Under the pieces are notes generated by a model. The model was given only the letters and a program-made list of their open reading frames with translations. It searched no databases and was not told the origin of the DNA. From positions 2,976,001-3,040,000 of the forward strand of contig CBDBGH010000003.1 in NCBI GenBank assembly GCA_965205265.1: 64,000 nucleotides of DNA, given 5' to 3'. Shown here piece by piece: positions 35,281 to 46,826 of the stretch. The translations under genes were made by a program, and so were the position numbers. This DNA comes from Alphaproteobacteria bacterium (GTDB lineage: Bacteria > Pseudomonadota > Alphaproteobacteria > Bin95). Each line of letters starts with the position of its first letter. The stretch's first letter is position 1.

Positions 35281-36297
35281 ATGGCGAGCGACAATGCGGA
35301 CTGGCTGGCGCTGACCGAGGAGGAGGCGCTGGAGCCGGACCTGCCGATCTGCGATCCGCACCACCATCTCTGGGATGCTCGCGCGGGCTATGTGCAGCCG
35401 CGCTACCTGCTGGACGAGTTCCTGGAGGACCTGGGCAGCGGGCACAATGTCGTCAGCACCGTCTTCATCGAGTGCGGCGCCATGTTCCGGGCCGACGGGC
35501 CGGAGGAGATGCGCCCGGTCGGCGAGACGGAGTTCGTGAACGGCATCGCCGCCATGTCCGCCTCCGGCGGCTACGGCCCGGCGCGGATCGCCGCCGGCAT
35601 CGTCGGCACGGCTTATCTGCACCGGGGCGACAGCGCGGCGGCCGTGCTGGACGCGCAGATCGAGGCCGGGAAGGGGCGGTTCCGCGGCATCCGGCAGGGC
35701 GCCACCTGGCATGAGAGCCCGCAAGTCCCCAACCACCGCACGGAGCCGCCGGCGGGCCTCTACGACAGCGCGGGCTTCCGCGCCGGCCTCGCCCATCTCG
35801 CGCCGAGGGGGCTCACCTTCGAGCTCTGGTGCTACCACACGCAACTCGACGAAGCCGCCCGGCTGGTCCGCGACTTCCCGGACCAGACCTTCATCCTCGA
35901 CCATTTCGGCGGGCCCGTCGGCATCGGCCCCTATGAGGGACGCGCCGACGAGGTGTTCGCCGACTGGCGCCGTGCCGTGGCGCCCGTCGCCGCCTGCCCG
36001 AATGCGATGGCCAAGCTCGGCGGGCTCGCGATGGAGGTCAACGGCTTCGGCTGGCACGAACGGCCCCGCCCGCCGACCAGCGCGGAACTGATGGACGCCT
36101 CCCGGCGCTACTACGAGGCGGTGCTGGAGCTGTTCGGCACGGAGCGCTGCCTGTTCGAATCGAACTTCCCGGTCGAGAAAGTGAGCTGCAGCTACACGGT
36201 GCTCTGGAACGCCTTCAAGCGCCTGACCGCCGGCTACTCGGCACACGAAAAGGCGGCGCTCTACCACGACAACGCCGCCCGCATCTACCGCCTCTGA
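35281..36297 (+). CDS. Amidohydrolase 2 family protein
   Basis: ICDPHHHLWD, FRGIR, LDHFGGP, FESNFP. Confidence 0.9.
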   Translation: MASDNADWLALTEEEALEPDLPICDPHHHLWDARAGYVQPRYLLDEFLEDLGSGHNVVSTVFIECGAMFRADGPEEMRPVGETEFVNGIAAMSASGGYGPARIAAGIVGTAYLHRGDSAAAVLDAQIEAGKGRFRGIRQGATWHESPQVPNHRTEPPAGLYDSAGFRAGLAHLAPRGLTFELWCYHTQLDEAARLVRDFPDQTFILDHFGGPVGIGPYEGRADEVFADWRRAVAPVAACPNAMAKLGGLAMEVNGFGWHERPRPPTSAELMDASRRYYEAVLELFGTERCLFESNFPVEKVSCSYTVLWNAFKRLTAGYSAHEKAALYHDNAARIYRL

Positions 36298-36316
36298 CGG
36301 GGCGCTGAACCGTTCG

Positions 36317-37501
36317 TCAGGACTGCGGCTCGTTCCGCCAGGGCAGGAAGGCGCGGATACGCTCCCGGTTTGCGCGAACGCCGTCCGGGCCGCTCGAGAG
36401 CAGGCCGCGGCGCACCAGGGCCTCGACATCGCGCAGCAGCGTCCGGTTCGACACCGTGGCGTAGTCCCGCGCCACCGTTGCGTCCAGGGACGGCAGGCGA
36501 TTCACCGGAACCGCCTCGGGCTGCCGCGACAGGGCAAGCACCAGGGACCGGCGCCGCCGTTCCGTGGCGCCGCCGCCTTGCCCGAATTGCTCGTGGACGA
36601 AATTGGTCCAGGCGACCGCCTCCTGATGCTCCCGGATGACTTCGACCTGTTCCCGCAGCCCGTCCGCAAATCCCCGGATCGCATAGCTGGCGAAGCCGTA
36701 TATGCCGTCTTCCTGCCCGCTGGCCCTTGCAAGCTGACGGTAATATTCCGTTCGCGTGAGGTTGTAGTGATTGCTCGGCAGATGGCAGGCGGGCTGCGGC
36801 AGGCCCGCTTCCAGCAGGATGGCCAGTTCGATCAGCCGCGCCGTGCGCCCGTTGCCGTCGCCGAAGGGATGGATCCAGACGAAATAGAGGTGCGCGAAGA
36901 CCGCCTTGAGGATCGAGAAGGCGCAGCGGTTTTCGTCCGGCAGCGGAAACCCGTTCAGTACCTCGCAAAGCCGGGCCAGCAGGAATCCGGCGTCGCGCCG
37001 GTCCGGGCAGCGATAGCCGCCGACCGACACATTCACCTTGCGGACTTTCCCGGGTTCGACATGGTCGTCAACCTCAAGGCCCTGCAGCACCATCGCGTTC
37101 AGGCGCTCGACGCCCGCTACGTCCAGGGGGAAGCGGCCCTGCCCGGCGATTTCTCCGGCCACCATGTTGCAGGCCTCGACGATGTTCCTGACTTCCTGGC
37201 CGAGATAGGCCCGCGACGGCGGGAGCGTTGCCCTGTCGTCGATCACGGCGCGCGCTTCCGCCTCCGAGAGCGTGTTGCCCTCGATGGCGGTGGTAGCGAG
37301 GGCGCCTCTCGCGAGATAGAGCCGGTGGACCTCCTCGGCGACATCCGGGTCCAGCGGCGCGCCGGCGATCCGGTCGATCATCGCGGCCACCTCGCCGAGG
37401 GCGAGCCAGTCCGTATGTTGCAGCCGCCCAAGGTCGAAGGCGAAAGTCAGCCAGGGATGGGTTCGCTCATATGGCCGCTGGTTTGTCACCGTCCTTGTCA
37501 C
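36317..37501 (-). CDS. Fic family protein with C-terminal winged HTH
   Basis: TTAIEGN; canonical HPFGDGNGRTAR; C-terminal SNRTLLRDVEALVRRGLL. Confidence 0.92.
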   Translation of the reverse strand: MTRTVTNQRPYERTHPWLTFAFDLGRLQHTDWLALGEVAAMIDRIAGAPLDPDVAEEVHRLYLARGALATTAIEGNTLSEAEARAVIDDRATLPPSRAYLGQEVRNIVEACNMVAGEIAGQGRFPLDVAGVERLNAMVLQGLEVDDHVEPGKVRKVNVSVGGYRCPDRRDAGFLLARLCEVLNGFPLPDENRCAFSILKAVFAHLYFVWIHPFGDGNGRTARLIELAILLEAGLPQPACHLPSNHYNLTRTEYYRQLARASGQEDGIYGFASYAIRGFADGLREQVEVIREHQEAVAWTNFVHEQFGQGGGATERRRRSLVLALSRQPEAVPVNRLPSLDATVARDYATVSNRTLLRDVEALVRRGLLSSGPDGVRANRERIRAFLPWRNEPQS

Positions 37502-37617
37502 AGAAAAATCCAGGAGAAGGCGATTATATTCAATCTGTTATGATATTTCAATGGAAGATTTGGCAGATCTGTTGACAACATTTTTGTCACAGACTGGCAA
37601 CAGCGATGCCGCCGCCC

Positions 37618-38868
37618 TCACCCCACCCGCACCAAGCGGGCGGCGTAGAAGCCGTCCATGCCGCCGCGTTCGGCCAGCATGGAGGGCAGAGTGCGCAGCG
37701 CGCCGTCGGGCGCCGCGGCTTCCGGCAGCGCCGGGAAGGCGACCGGCTCCAGCGCGAAGTCCGGGCGCTCCGCCAGGAAGGCGGCGATGCGCTCCGGCCC
37801 TTCCTCCGGCTCCAGCGAGCAGCAGGCATAGACCAGCCGCCCGCCGGGCGCCGTGGCGCGGGCGGCGCCGGCGAGCAGGCGGTCCTGGAGCGCGGTCAGC
37901 CGGTCGAGCCGCCGCCCGGCCCGACGGTGGAGGATGTCGGGGTGCCGGCGGATCGTGCCGGTGGCGCTGCAGGGCGCGTCCAGCAGCACGGCCAGGAACG
38001 GCCTCTCAGGCCGCCACTCGGCGGCGTCCGCCTCGACCCACTCGGCTTCCAGGCGCAAGCGGGCGAGATTGGCGCGGGCCGCGTCCAGCCGGTCCGGCGC
38101 GCGGTCCAGCGCCGTCACCCGCGCCCCGGCCGCGGCGAGTTGCGCCGTCTTGCCGCCCGGCGCGGCGCAGAGGTCCAGCACCCGCTCGCCGGCGACCGGG
38201 CCCAGCATCCGCGCCGGCAGGGCGGCCGCCATGTCCTGCACCCACCAGCCGCCTTCCTCGTAGCCGGGCATGCGGCTGACGGCCCCCGGCCGCTGGATGC
38301 GCAGCGAGCCGGTCGGCATGGTCTCGCCCTCCGGCAGCGGCCCCGGCGCATCCGGGCGGAGAAGGGTGAGGTCGAGCGGCGCTTCCCGGAGATGCGCTTC
38401 GGCGACGGCGCGGGCGGCGGCCTCGCCATAGGCCGCCTCCCAGCCCGCCATCAGGCGCGGCGGCGTGTTCAGCCGGGCGGCGTCCTGGGCTTCGACCAGG
38501 GCCGGTCCCTCGCGCGCGCAGCGGCGCAGAACGGCGTTGACCAGCCCCTTCATGCGAGGCTCCGCCAGGCCGACGGCGGTATCGACCGCCGCATGGGCCG
38601 GCACCTCGCCGAACAATATCTGCGCCATGCCGAGCATCAGCAGCAGCCGGGTCCGCTCCGCCCGTTTGGGCAGGGGACGCGCGAGAAAGCGCGCCATCAG
38701 CGCCTCGATCTGGCCCGCGCGCCTGAGCGCCGTCGCGGCCAGCCGGCGCGCAAAGGCGCGCGTCTCCGGGCTTTCCCTCTCCGGCGGCGCGTCTTCGAGC
38801 GGGCGACCCTCCAACAGAACGGAAGCAAGCAGGTCGAGGGCGAGCGCGCGCGCCGCGCCGCCGTTCAC
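37618..38868 (-). CDS. rsmB: RsmB/NOP family RNA m5C methyltransferase with NusB-like N-terminus
   Basis: [34 protein letters not shown]. Confidence 0.88.
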   Translation of the reverse strand: MNGGAARALALDLLASVLLEGRPLEDAPPERESPETRAFARRLAATALRRAGQIEALMARFLARPLPKRAERTRLLLMLGMAQILFGEVPAHAAVDTAVGLAEPRMKGLVNAVLRRCAREGPALVEAQDAARLNTPPRLMAGWEAAYGEAAARAVAEAHLREAPLDLTLLRPDAPGPLPEGETMPTGSLRIQRPGAVSRMPGYEEGGWWVQDMAAALPARMLGPVAGERVLDLCAAPGGKTAQLAAAGARVTALDRAPDRLDAARANLARLRLEAEWVEADAAEWRPERPFLAVLLDAPCSATGTIRRHPDILHRRAGRRLDRLTALQDRLLAGAARATAPGGRLVYACCSLEPEEGPERIAAFLAERPDFALEPVAFPALPEAAAPDGALRTLPSMLAERGGMDGFYAARLVRVG

Positions 38869-39791
38869 GCCCAGGGGCCTTTCCGGCGGGGCCCCTGCAT
38901 CCAGGAGGCCCCGGTCGGCGCGCCGCCCGGCCGCCCGGCGGGGCGCGGCCGCCGCGCGCGGGCCATGTCCCGGAGCGCCCGGACCCGGTTCGCCGTCGAG
39001 GGATGCGTCGAGAACAGCCTGTCGGCCTTGTGCGCATGCAACGGGTTCACGATGAACATATGGGCCGTGGCGGGGTTGCGCTCGGCCGCATGGTTGTCGA
39101 TGCGCGCCGCGCCCCGCTCCAGGCGCTCGAGCGCGGAGGCGAGCGCCAGCGGGTCGCCGCAGATGTCCGCGCCAAGCCGGTCGGCCTCGTATTCGCGCGC
39201 CCGGCTGATCGCCATCTGCACCAGCATGGCCGCCATGGGCGCCAGAATCGCGACAAGCAGCGCGCCGGCGAAACCGAGCGGGCTGTTGCGCCCGCCGCCG
39301 AAGAAGAGGCCGAAATTCGCGAGCATCGACACCGCGCCCGCAACCGTCGCGGTGATCGTCATGATGAGCGTGTCGCGGTTCTTCACATGCGCGAGCTCAT
39401 GCGCCATCACGCCTTCGACCTCCTTTTGCGAAAGAGTCCCGAGCAGGCCCGTCGTGGCCGCCACGGCGGCGTTCTCCGGGTTGCGGCCGGTGGCGAAGGC
39501 GTTGGGCTGGTCGTTCCGGACGACATAGACGCGCGGCATCGGCAGGTCCGCCCGCTGCGACAGGCGCCGGACCGCGGCGTAAAGCTCCGGCGCGCGCCGT
39601 TCGTCCACCTCCTCGGCGCCGTACATGGACAGCAGCATCCGGTCCGAGTTCCACCAGGCGAAGGCGTTCATGCCGAGCGCCGCGACAAGCGCCAGCCCCA
39701 TGCCGGCAGGGCCGCCCAGCAGGTAGCCGACGGCGAGGAACAGGCCGGTCAGACCGGCGAGCAGGATCGCGGTGCGGGCGAAGTTCGGCAT
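38865..39791 (-). CDS. htpX: Zinc metalloprotease HtpX
   Basis: [26 protein letters not shown]. Confidence 0.95.
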   Translation of the reverse strand: MPNFARTAILLAGLTGLFLAVGYLLGGPAGMGLALVAALGMNAFAWWNSDRMLLSMYGAEEVDERRAPELYAAVRRLSQRADLPMPRVYVVRNDQPNAFATGRNPENAAVAATTGLLGTLSQKEVEGVMAHELAHVKNRDTLIMTITATVAGAVSMLANFGLFFGGGRNSPLGFAGALLVAILAPMAAMLVQMAISRAREYEADRLGADICGDPLALASALERLERGAARIDNHAAERNPATAHMFIVNPLHAHKADRLFSTHPSTANRVRALRDMARARRPRPAGRPGGAPTGASWMQGPRRKGPWA

Positions 39792-39845
39792 GGGGTATCG
39801 CGGCTCCGCTTGGCAAGGGGCTCCAGCATGCCATATGTAGGAACC

Positions 39846-40016
39846 ATGTCGCGCAAATCACGCCCCGACGAGCCGAAGACGCGAGACCCGGCGCCCGGCA
39901 ATGAGCGCCTGCCGCTGCCGGAAGCCCCTGCCGGCGATGCGCAGGACAAGCCCGAAAGGCCCGACCCGACGCGCTACGGCGATTGGGAGATAGACGGGCG
40001 CTGCATCGACTTTTGA
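39846..40016 (+). CDS. DUF1674 / SDHAF4-like small protein
   Basis: C-terminal [18 protein letters not shown]. Confidence 0.9.
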   Translation: MSRKSRPDEPKTRDPAPGNERLPLPEAPAGDAQDKPERPDPTRYGDWEIDGRCIDF

Positions 40017-40059
40017 GCCCGGCGATCGTTGAGCGGAGCCGATGGCGGCGTCCCCCATT

Positions 40060-40161
40060 GTCGCCCCGGCCTTGAGCCGGGGCCCAGCACTGCCGGTGCA
40101 ACATGGCGGAGACTTCGACTGCCTGGACCCCGGCTCTACGCTTCGCTCCGGCCGGGGTGAC
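40060..40161. repeat. REP-like palindrome variant
   Basis: GTCGCCCCGGCCTTGAGCCGGGGCCCAG...CTGGACCCCGGC...GCCGGGGTGAC. Confidence 0.7.
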
Positions 40162-40207
40162 AAGTGGGAACGGCATTCTCCATGAGTCGCAGACCGGCGT
40201 CGCTGGT

Positions 40208-41182
40208 ATGAGCCCGCTCTGGCGGGTCTGGCTCACCGTCCCGGAAGACCGGACGGCGGCGGCCGAGCGCGTGCTCGAAGGCTGGGCCGACGCCGTTTCC
40301 GTGTTCGAACTCACCTCGGCGGACAGGCCGCGGCCCGGCAGCCGCTTCCGGACCGGGGGATGGGCGGACGAGATCTGGCTGGCGGAGGTGTGCGTGGTGG
40401 AAGGCCTTGCCGCCGCGCCGCTCGACATGGCCGCGCTTGCGCGCCGCGCGGCCGCGGAAGGCCTGCCGGCGCCCGGGGCGGCGCCGCTCGCCGAGCGCGA
40501 CTGGACGGCGGAAAGCCAGGCGGGCCTGCCGGTGCGGCGCATCGGCCGCATCGCCGTCGGCGACCCCGGCGCGCGGCTGCCGCCCGCGCCGGTGCGTCTG
40601 CACATCGCCGCGGCGACCGCCTTCGGCACAGGCGCGCACCCCACCACGGAAGGATGCCTTGCCGCGCTCGACTGGCTCCGATGCCGGACGAAGCCCGGAC
40701 GGCGGCCGCGCGCCGTGCTCGATCTCGGCACGGGCACCGGCGTGCTTGCCTTCGCGGCGGCGCGCCTCTGGCCGGGCGTCCGCGTCGCGGCAAGCGATAT
40801 CGACCCCGCCGCCGGCGCGCCCTTCGCCCGCAATGCCCGCGCGAACGGGCTCCGCCTCCGCATGCTGCAGGCGGACGGGCCGGCGCATCCCGCGCTCCGC
40901 GCCGGTGCGCCCTATGACGCGGTCCTCGCCAATCTCCTCTACCGGCCCCTGCTGCGCCTTGCGCCCGGGATCGCCCGCCTGGCTGCGCCGGGAGGTCTGG
41001 TCGTGCTGTCCGGCATTCTCGAACGCCAGGAACTGCCGCTGCGGCTCGCGCTGCGCCGCCAGGGCCTGCGTTTCCTCCGCTCGCGCCGCCGCGGCGGCTG
41101 GTCCACCGTCGAGGTGGAGCGCCCGCCGGACAGGCGGGCAAAGCGCCGGAACGGTTGCCGGCAACGGCCGTTCCGCCTATAA
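40208..41182 (+). CDS. prmA: Ribosomal protein L11 methyltransferase
   Basis: [32 protein letters not shown]. Confidence 0.85.
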   Translation: MSPLWRVWLTVPEDRTAAAERVLEGWADAVSVFELTSADRPRPGSRFRTGGWADEIWLAEVCVVEGLAAAPLDMAALARRAAAEGLPAPGAAPLAERDWTAESQAGLPVRRIGRIAVGDPGARLPPAPVRLHIAAATAFGTGAHPTTEGCLAALDWLRCRTKPGRRPRAVLDLGTGTGVLAFAAARLWPGVRVAASDIDPAAGAPFARNARANGLRLRMLQADGPAHPALRAGAPYDAVLANLLYRPLLRLAPGIARLAAPGGLVVLSGILERQELPLRLALRRQGLRFLRSRRRGGWSTVEVERPPDRRAKRRNGCRQRPFRL

Positions 41183-41222
41183 CGCGCCCGACTATCGTTC
41201 AAATTCGCAGCGAGTGAAGCCC

Positions 41223-41600
41223 ATGGCGCGCGTCACCGTCGAGGACTGCGTCCTCAAGGTCCCGAACCGTTTCGATCTTGTCATGCTTGCGGCGCAGCGC
41301 TCGCGCGACATCTCCGAGGGCGCGGAGATTACCCTGGACCGCGACAGGGACAAGAATCCTGTGGTGTCGCTCAGGGAGATCGCCGAAGAGACGGTTCCCC
41401 TCGACGAGCTCGAGGAAGGCCAGATCCGGCGGCTTCTGCGCCACCGCGAGGAAGAGGAAGAGCCGGGCGACGGGCTCGACATGCTGCCGGCCCCCGATGT
41501 TCCGGACAGGAGCCCGGCGGAGCAGGATCTCGACATCGGCTCGCTCATGCGCGAGGTGGCCCAGCAGGACGGCGAACTGCAGCCCCGCGACAACAGCTAG
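41223..41600 (+). CDS. rpoZ: RNA polymerase omega subunit
   Basis: [31 protein letters not shown]. Confidence 0.96.
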   Translation: MARVTVEDCVLKVPNRFDLVMLAAQRSRDISEGAEITLDRDRDKNPVVSLREIAEETVPLDELEEGQIRRLLRHREEEEEPGDGLDMLPAPDVPDRSPAEQDLDIGSLMREVAQQDGELQPRDNS

Positions 41601-41657
41601 TGTGCTGAAACCGAAGTGCGCAGCTTTGCAAAGTGACCGTCCCGGTGCCTCCACCCC

Positions 41658-42070
41658 GTCATGCCCGGACCCGTTCCGGGCATCCATGCGGCCGCCCGGC
41701 GGACGCGGTTGAGGGAGATGCCCGGAACAGGTCCACTGCTGTCCGGTTCAGCCGTCGGGCAAAGCCGGGCGGGCCGCGGTCGGGTTTTCGGGGGCGCGCG
41801 GCGTCCCCGGTCGGCCTCCTGTCCGTCATGCCCGAACGCCCCCCTTTCGTCATACCCGGACTTGTTCCGGGTATCCATACGGCCGCCCGGCAGAGCCGCT
41901 TGAGAGAGATACCCGGAACAAGTCCGGGTATGACGGGAACAGGGCTAGGCCGCCGGGCGTCGATCCGAGTCCCGATCCCGCCGACCCCCTCGAAACCCGG
42001 TTGAATCCAAGCCATGCGTTCTGTCCACAAAATCCAAACCGGACAGCCGTGGAACAAGTCCGGGCATGAC
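41658..42070. repeat. Family A REP-like element interrupted by a MITE
   Basis: Left arm at 41658; right arm split at GGAACA(G/A)GTCC and resumes at 42051. Confidence 0.85.
41735..42050. mobile_element. Putative MITE (~316 bp) inserted in a REP arm and containing an internal REP copy (41849-41934)
   Basis: Terminal IRs ACTGCTGTCCGGTT / AACCGGACAGCCGT (1 mismatch); flanking repeats GGAACAGGTCC (41724-41734) and GGAACAAGTCC (42051-42061). Confidence 0.7.
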
Positions 42071-42137
42071 GCAGGAGCGCGCGGGCGCCGGAGGATTCCC
42101 TGCCGCCGGGCGCGGTAGGCGCGTTCGGGTTCGCGGG

Positions 42138-44288
42138 ATGCTTCGGCAGTACGAGCTGATCGAACGCATCAGGGCATACGACCCCGATGCCGACGAACTG
42201 CTGATAAACCGCGCTTATGTCTATGCGATGGCCCAGCACGGCCACCAGGTCCGCGCCTCGGGCGACCCCTATTTCTCCCATCCGGTCGAAGTCGCCGGGA
42301 TCCTGGCCGACATCAGGCTCGACAGCGCCTCGATCATCACCGCGCTGCTGCACGACACGGTCGAGGATACCGACGCCACGCTCGCCGACATCCGCCGGAT
42401 GTTCGGCAGCGAGGTGGCCCGCCTCGTGGACGGCGTCACCAAGCTCTCCAAGATCGAGTCCCAGTCCGCGCACACCCGGCAGGCCGAAAACCTGGGCAAG
42501 CTGGTGCTCGCGATGTCGCAGGACATCCGGGTGCTGCTGGTCAAGCTCGCGGACCGGCTGCACAATATGCGCACGCTGCATTTCGTCGCCGGCGAAGAGA
42601 AAAGGCGCCGGATCGCGGCCGAGACGCTGGAAATCTACGTGCCGCTCGCCGAGCGGATCGGGATGCAGGACTGGAAGGAAGACCTGGCGGACCGGGCCTT
42701 CGCCGTACTCCAGCCCGAGACCCACAAGAATATCGCAGAGGGATTCGAGCTGCTCGAACGGGAGGGCGGCGGCCAGGTCGAAGGGATCATGGAAGCGCTG
42801 TCGCAGTCGCTCGAGGAGGCCGGCCTCAAGGCCGAGATCACGGGCCGGCGCAAGCGCCCGCATTCCATCTGGACCAAGATGCAGCGCAAGAAGGCCGTGT
42901 CCCTGGAACAGGTCTCGGACATCATGGCGTTTCGCGTCGTCGTGGACTCGACGATGCATTGCTACGAGGCGCTCGGGCATCTGCACGCCGCCTACCGCGC
43001 GGTGCCGGAGCGGTTCAAGGACTACATCTCGCTTCCCAAGGACAACGGCTACCGCGCCCTGCACACGGTGCTGACCGGCCCCGACGGGCACCCGATCGAG
43101 GTGCAGATCCGCTCTCGCGAGATGCATGAATTCGCCGAAAACGGCGCCGCCGCCCACTGGCTCTACAAGCAGGAAGGCGGCGGCGTGGACGGGCGGCAGT
43201 ATGAGTGGGTGCAGCAGTTCCTCGACATCCTCGAAAGCGCGTCGAGCCCGGAGGAGTTCCTGTCGCACACCAAGATGCAGCTCTTCCCGGACCAGGTGTT
43301 CTGCTTTACGCCCAAGGGCGACCTGAAGGCCCTGCCCGCCGGGGCAACGCTGGTCGATTTCGCCTATGCGATCCACTCCGAGGTCGGCGACCGCTGCGCC
43401 GGCGGCCGGGTCAACGGCCGGCAGGTGCCGCTGCGCACCGAACTCAGCAACGGGGACCGGGTCGAAATCGTCACGGCGAAGAACCTGCGCGTCACCCCGG
43501 AATGGGACCGGTTCGTCGTCACCGGCAAGGCGAAGGCGCATATCCGCCGCCATGAGCGCCTGCAGCGGCGCGAAGAGTTCATCAGGCTCGGCCGCCAGCT
43601 TCTCGATTCCGAGATGCGCGACGCCGGGCACCCCTGGCGCGAGCGCCAGCTTGCGCCCGTTGCGCGCGCCCGCAAGCTGGAGTCGCCCGAGGACCTGCTC
43701 GCCGCAATCGGCGAGGGGCGCGTCGCGACGCGGGATGTCCTGAAGGCGCTTTATCCCGAGGCGCCGGTCGATCCGGACACCGAAACCGTGGTCTCGATCG
43801 AGCGCGCCCGGCGGCGGCGGGAGGGACGCGCCGGGCCGCTGCTGGTCCGCGGCGTGATGCCGGGGCTCGCCACGCATTTCGCCCGCTGCTGCCACCCGAT
43901 TCCGGGCGACCGGATCGTCGGCATCATCACCACGGGCAAGGGCGTGACCGTCCATACCGAGGAATGCCTGACGCTCGAGAGTTTCTCCCACACGCCGGAG
44001 CGCTGGATCGAACTCGCCTGGGAGAACGAACCGGGCGAGGAGCAGCCGCGCCATGTCGGGCGGATGCGCCTGACGGTGGCCAACAAGCCCGGCACGCTGG
44101 CGAATGTGGCGTCGCTGATCGCAAGCAACCGGGCGAACATTTCGAACCTGAAATTCGTCAACCGCCAGACGGATTTCTTCGACATACTGGTCGATGTCGA
44201 GGTCCTCGATACAAGGCAGCTCAACGACATCATGGCCGCGCTGAGCGCCCGGCCCGAGATCGCTTCCGTGAAGCGGGCGAAGCGCTGA
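42138..44288 (+). CDS. spoT: Bifunctional (p)ppGpp synthetase/hydrolase
   Basis: HD motif LLHDTVED, KLADRLHNMRT, GYRALHT, EVQIR, TGS (FCFTPKG, DFAYAIH), ACT domain. Confidence 0.96.
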   Translation: MLRQYELIERIRAYDPDADELLINRAYVYAMAQHGHQVRASGDPYFSHPVEVAGILADIRLDSASIITALLHDTVEDTDATLADIRRMFGSEVARLVDGVTKLSKIESQSAHTRQAENLGKLVLAMSQDIRVLLVKLADRLHNMRTLHFVAGEEKRRRIAAETLEIYVPLAERIGMQDWKEDLADRAFAVLQPETHKNIAEGFELLEREGGGQVEGIMEALSQSLEEAGLKAEITGRRKRPHSIWTKMQRKKAVSLEQVSDIMAFRVVVDSTMHCYEALGHLHAAYRAVPERFKDYISLPKDNGYRALHTVLTGPDGHPIEVQIRSREMHEFAENGAAAHWLYKQEGGGVDGRQYEWVQQFLDILESASSPEEFLSHTKMQLFPDQVFCFTPKGDLKALPAGATLVDFAYAIHSEVGDRCAGGRVNGRQVPLRTELSNGDRVEIVTAKNLRVTPEWDRFVVTGKAKAHIRRHERLQRREEFIRLGRQLLDSEMRDAGHPWRERQLAPVARARKLESPEDLLAAIGEGRVATRDVLKALYPEAPVDPDTETVVSIERARRRREGRAGPLLVRGVMPGLATHFARCCHPIPGDRIVGIITTGKGVTVHTEECLTLESFSHTPERWIELAWENEPGEEQPRHVGRMRLTVANKPGTLANVASLIASNRANISNLKFVNRQTDFFDILVDVEVLDTRQLNDIMAALSARPEIASVKRAKR

Positions 44289-44293
44289 CGGCC

Positions 44294-44875
44294 ATGGCGA
44301 TCCTGGGGCGCAAACAACGGCGCGGCCTGCCGTCCCGGATCGGGGCCTGGGTCTGGCCGTCCGGCGGCTGGCGGCGCGCGTCCCGCTATCTCGCCATGCG
44401 CCTCAGCCGCATTCCGGGCACGCCCTATTCGCTCGCCGCGGGCTTCTCCTGGGGCGCGTTCACCTCCTTCCTGCCGTTTCCGGGGCTGCATTTCGTCATG
44501 GCGGCGATCTTCGCGCTCGCGACCCGCGCGAATGTGCTCGCGGCCGCCATCGGCACGGTGGTGGGCAATCCCTGGACCTTCCCCTTCATCTGGGTCGGCA
44601 CCTACGAACTCGGCGCCTGGCTCGGCTTCGGCGCGGAGGGCGTCAATTTCGCCGACACCTGGGGGCGCGCCTTCGAGGCCGGCATTGACGGCCGGTTCGC
44701 CACCTTCCTGGAGACAGCGCAGCCCCTGCTGCTCGCCATGACGGTCGGCGGCGCCGTGCTGGGCGCGGTCGCCTGGGGGGCGTTCTTCATCATGCTGGCG
44801 CCGCTGGTGCGCGCCTATCAGAGGCGAAGGCGCGGCCGCATCGCCCGCGCCCGGGCCGGAGACGTGGAAGCATGA
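44294..44875 (+). CDS. DUF2062 membrane protein
   Basis: [24 protein letters not shown]; position between spoT and pdxJ. Confidence 0.85.
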   Translation: MAILGRKQRRGLPSRIGAWVWPSGGWRRASRYLAMRLSRIPGTPYSLAAGFSWGAFTSFLPFPGLHFVMAAIFALATRANVLAAAIGTVVGNPWTFPFIWVGTYELGAWLGFGAEGVNFADTWGRAFEAGIDGRFATFLETAQPLLLAMTVGGAVLGAVAWGAFFIMLAPLVRAYQRRRRGRIARARAGDVEA

Positions 44876-45600
44876 CAAACCGACCGAGACTCGGCGTGAA
44901 CGTCGATCATGTCGCGACCGTCCGCAATGCGCGCGGGACAGCATATCCCGACCCGGTGCGCGCGGCGCTGCTCGCCTGCGAAGCGGGCGCGGACGGGATC
45001 ACCGCGCATTTGCGCGAGGACCGCCGCCACATTCGCGACGAGGACATGCGCCGGCTGAAGGAAGCGCTGCCGGCGCCGCTCAACTTCGAGATGGCGCCGA
45101 CCGACGCCATGGTGGAGATCGCCTCGGCCGTCGCGCCTCACGCGGTCTGCCTCGTGCCGGAGCGTCGCGAGGAGCTGACCACCGAAGGCGGCCTCGACGC
45201 GGCGGGCCTCGGCAACCTGCTCGCCGACAAGGTGCGCACGCTCGCGGCGGCGGGCATCCGGGTCTCGCTGTTCATCGAGCCCGATCCGAAGCAGCTTCGC
45301 GCCGCGGTGGCGCTCCGCGCGCCGGTGGTCGAGTTGCACACCGGGCGCTATTGCGAACTGGCGGGGGAGGCGCAGCAGGCGGAGCTGGAGCGCATCCGCT
45401 CGGCCGCGGCGCTGGCGGCGGAGCTCGGCCTCGAATGCCATGCCGGCCACGGCCTGACCTGCGACAATGTCGGCCCCGTCGCGGCGATCCCGACGGTCGC
45501 GGAACTCAATATCGGCCATTTCCTGGTCGGCGAGGCGATCTTCACCGGCCTGGCGGAAGCGGTCCGACAAATGCGGGCGGCCATGGACCGCGCGCGATGA
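44872..45600 (+). CDS. pdxJ: Pyridoxine 5'-phosphate synthase
   Basis: [42 protein letters not shown]. Confidence 0.97.
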   Translation: MTNRPRLGVNVDHVATVRNARGTAYPDPVRAALLACEAGADGITAHLREDRRHIRDEDMRRLKEALPAPLNFEMAPTDAMVEIASAVAPHAVCLVPERREELTTEGGLDAAGLGNLLADKVRTLAAAGIRVSLFIEPDPKQLRAAVALRAPVVELHTGRYCELAGEAQQAELERIRSAAALAAELGLECHAGHGLTCDNVGPVAAIPTVAELNIGHFLVGEAIFTGLAEAVRQMRAAMDRAR

Positions 45601-46016
45601 TCGTCGGGCTCGGCAGCGACCTGATCGACATCACGCGGATCGAGCGCACGCTGGAGCGGTTCGGCGAGCGCTTCACCCGGCGCGTGTTCACCGAGGCGGA
45701 GCGCAAGCGGTCCGAGCGCCGGCGGCTGCGCGCGGCAAGCTACGCCCGGCGCTTCGCCGCCAAGGAAGCCTGCTCCAAGGCGCTCGGCACGGGTCTTCGC
45801 CAGGGCGTCTTCTGGCGCGACATGGGCGTGGTCAACCTGCCGGGCGGACGCCCGACGCTCGAATTGACCGGCGGCGCGGCCCGGCGGCTCGCAAGCCTGC
45901 TGCCGCCCGGCACGCGCCCGCGCATCGACCTCACCATCACCGACGAGCCGCCGCTGGCCCATGCGCTGGTCATCATCACCGCAGTGCCGGAAGATGCGGC
46001 GAATGGCTGCGCTTGA
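45597..46016 (+). CDS. acpS: Holo-ACP synthase
   Basis: IVGLGSD, RFAAKEA.SKALGTG. Confidence 0.95.
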   Translation: MIVGLGSDLIDITRIERTLERFGERFTRRVFTEAERKRSERRRLRAASYARRFAAKEACSKALGTGLRQGVFWRDMGVVNLPGGRPTLELTGGAARRLASLLPPGTRPRIDLTITDEPPLAHALVIITAVPEDAANGCA

Positions 46017-46100
46017 CAGGCGGCCGCCCGGCGGCGTTCTATCCGGCCCCGGTCCGCGCCGGCGGAAATCCGGCTTTTCCCTGTCCAGGTCGCTGCTCCC

Positions 46101-46826
46101 GTGAAAGAAACCGTCAAGACCATCGTCTATGCCGGTCTGATCGCGCTTGGCATCCGCAGCTTCCTTTTCGAGCCTTTCACCATCCCCTCCGGCTCGATGC
46201 TGCAGACCCTGCTGATCGGGGATTTCCTGTTCGTCTCCAAATATTCCTACGGTTACAGCCGCTACTCCCTGCCCTTCGGCCTGCCGCTGATTCCGGGGCC
46301 GGGCCGGCTGTTCGGGGAAGGGCCGGAGCGCGGCGACGTGGCGGTGTTCAAGAACCCGATGGCGCCGAAGATCGATTTCGTGAAGCGCGTGGTGGGCCTT
46401 CCGGGCGACACGGTCCAGCTGCGCAGCGGGCGCCTGTTCATCAACGGGACGCCGGTGGCGCGCGGCCGCATCGGCCCCGCGAACTACCGCGACAAATACG
46501 GCATCGTGAAGCGGGCGATCCGCTACCGCGAAACCCTGCCGAACGGCCGGACCTACGAGATCCTGGAGGAAAGCGACTCCGGCCCCGCCGACAACACCCC
46601 GGTTTTCGAGGTGCCGGACGGCCACTATTTCGCGCTCGGCGACAATCGCGACAACTCCACCGACAGCCGGTTCCTCAGCCATGTGGGCTACATCCCGGCG
46701 GAGAATTTCGTCGGGCGCGCGGAAATCCTGTTCTTCTCCCTCGACCACGACACCAGCTTCTGGGAGTTCTGGAGATATCCGGGCGGGGTTCGCTGGGAGC
46801 GCATTTTCGACGCGATCGGCCCGTGA
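46101..46826 (+). CDS. lepB: Signal peptidase I
   Basis: IPSGSM, FVKRVVGLPGD, GDNRDNSTDSR. Confidence 0.96.
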   Translation: MKETVKTIVYAGLIALGIRSFLFEPFTIPSGSMLQTLLIGDFLFVSKYSYGYSRYSLPFGLPLIPGPGRLFGEGPERGDVAVFKNPMAPKIDFVKRVVGLPGDTVQLRSGRLFINGTPVARGRIGPANYRDKYGIVKRAIRYRETLPNGRTYEILEESDSGPADNTPVFEVPDGHYFALGDNRDNSTDSRFLSHVGYIPAENFVGRAEILFFSLDHDTSFWEFWRYPGGVRWERIFDAIGP

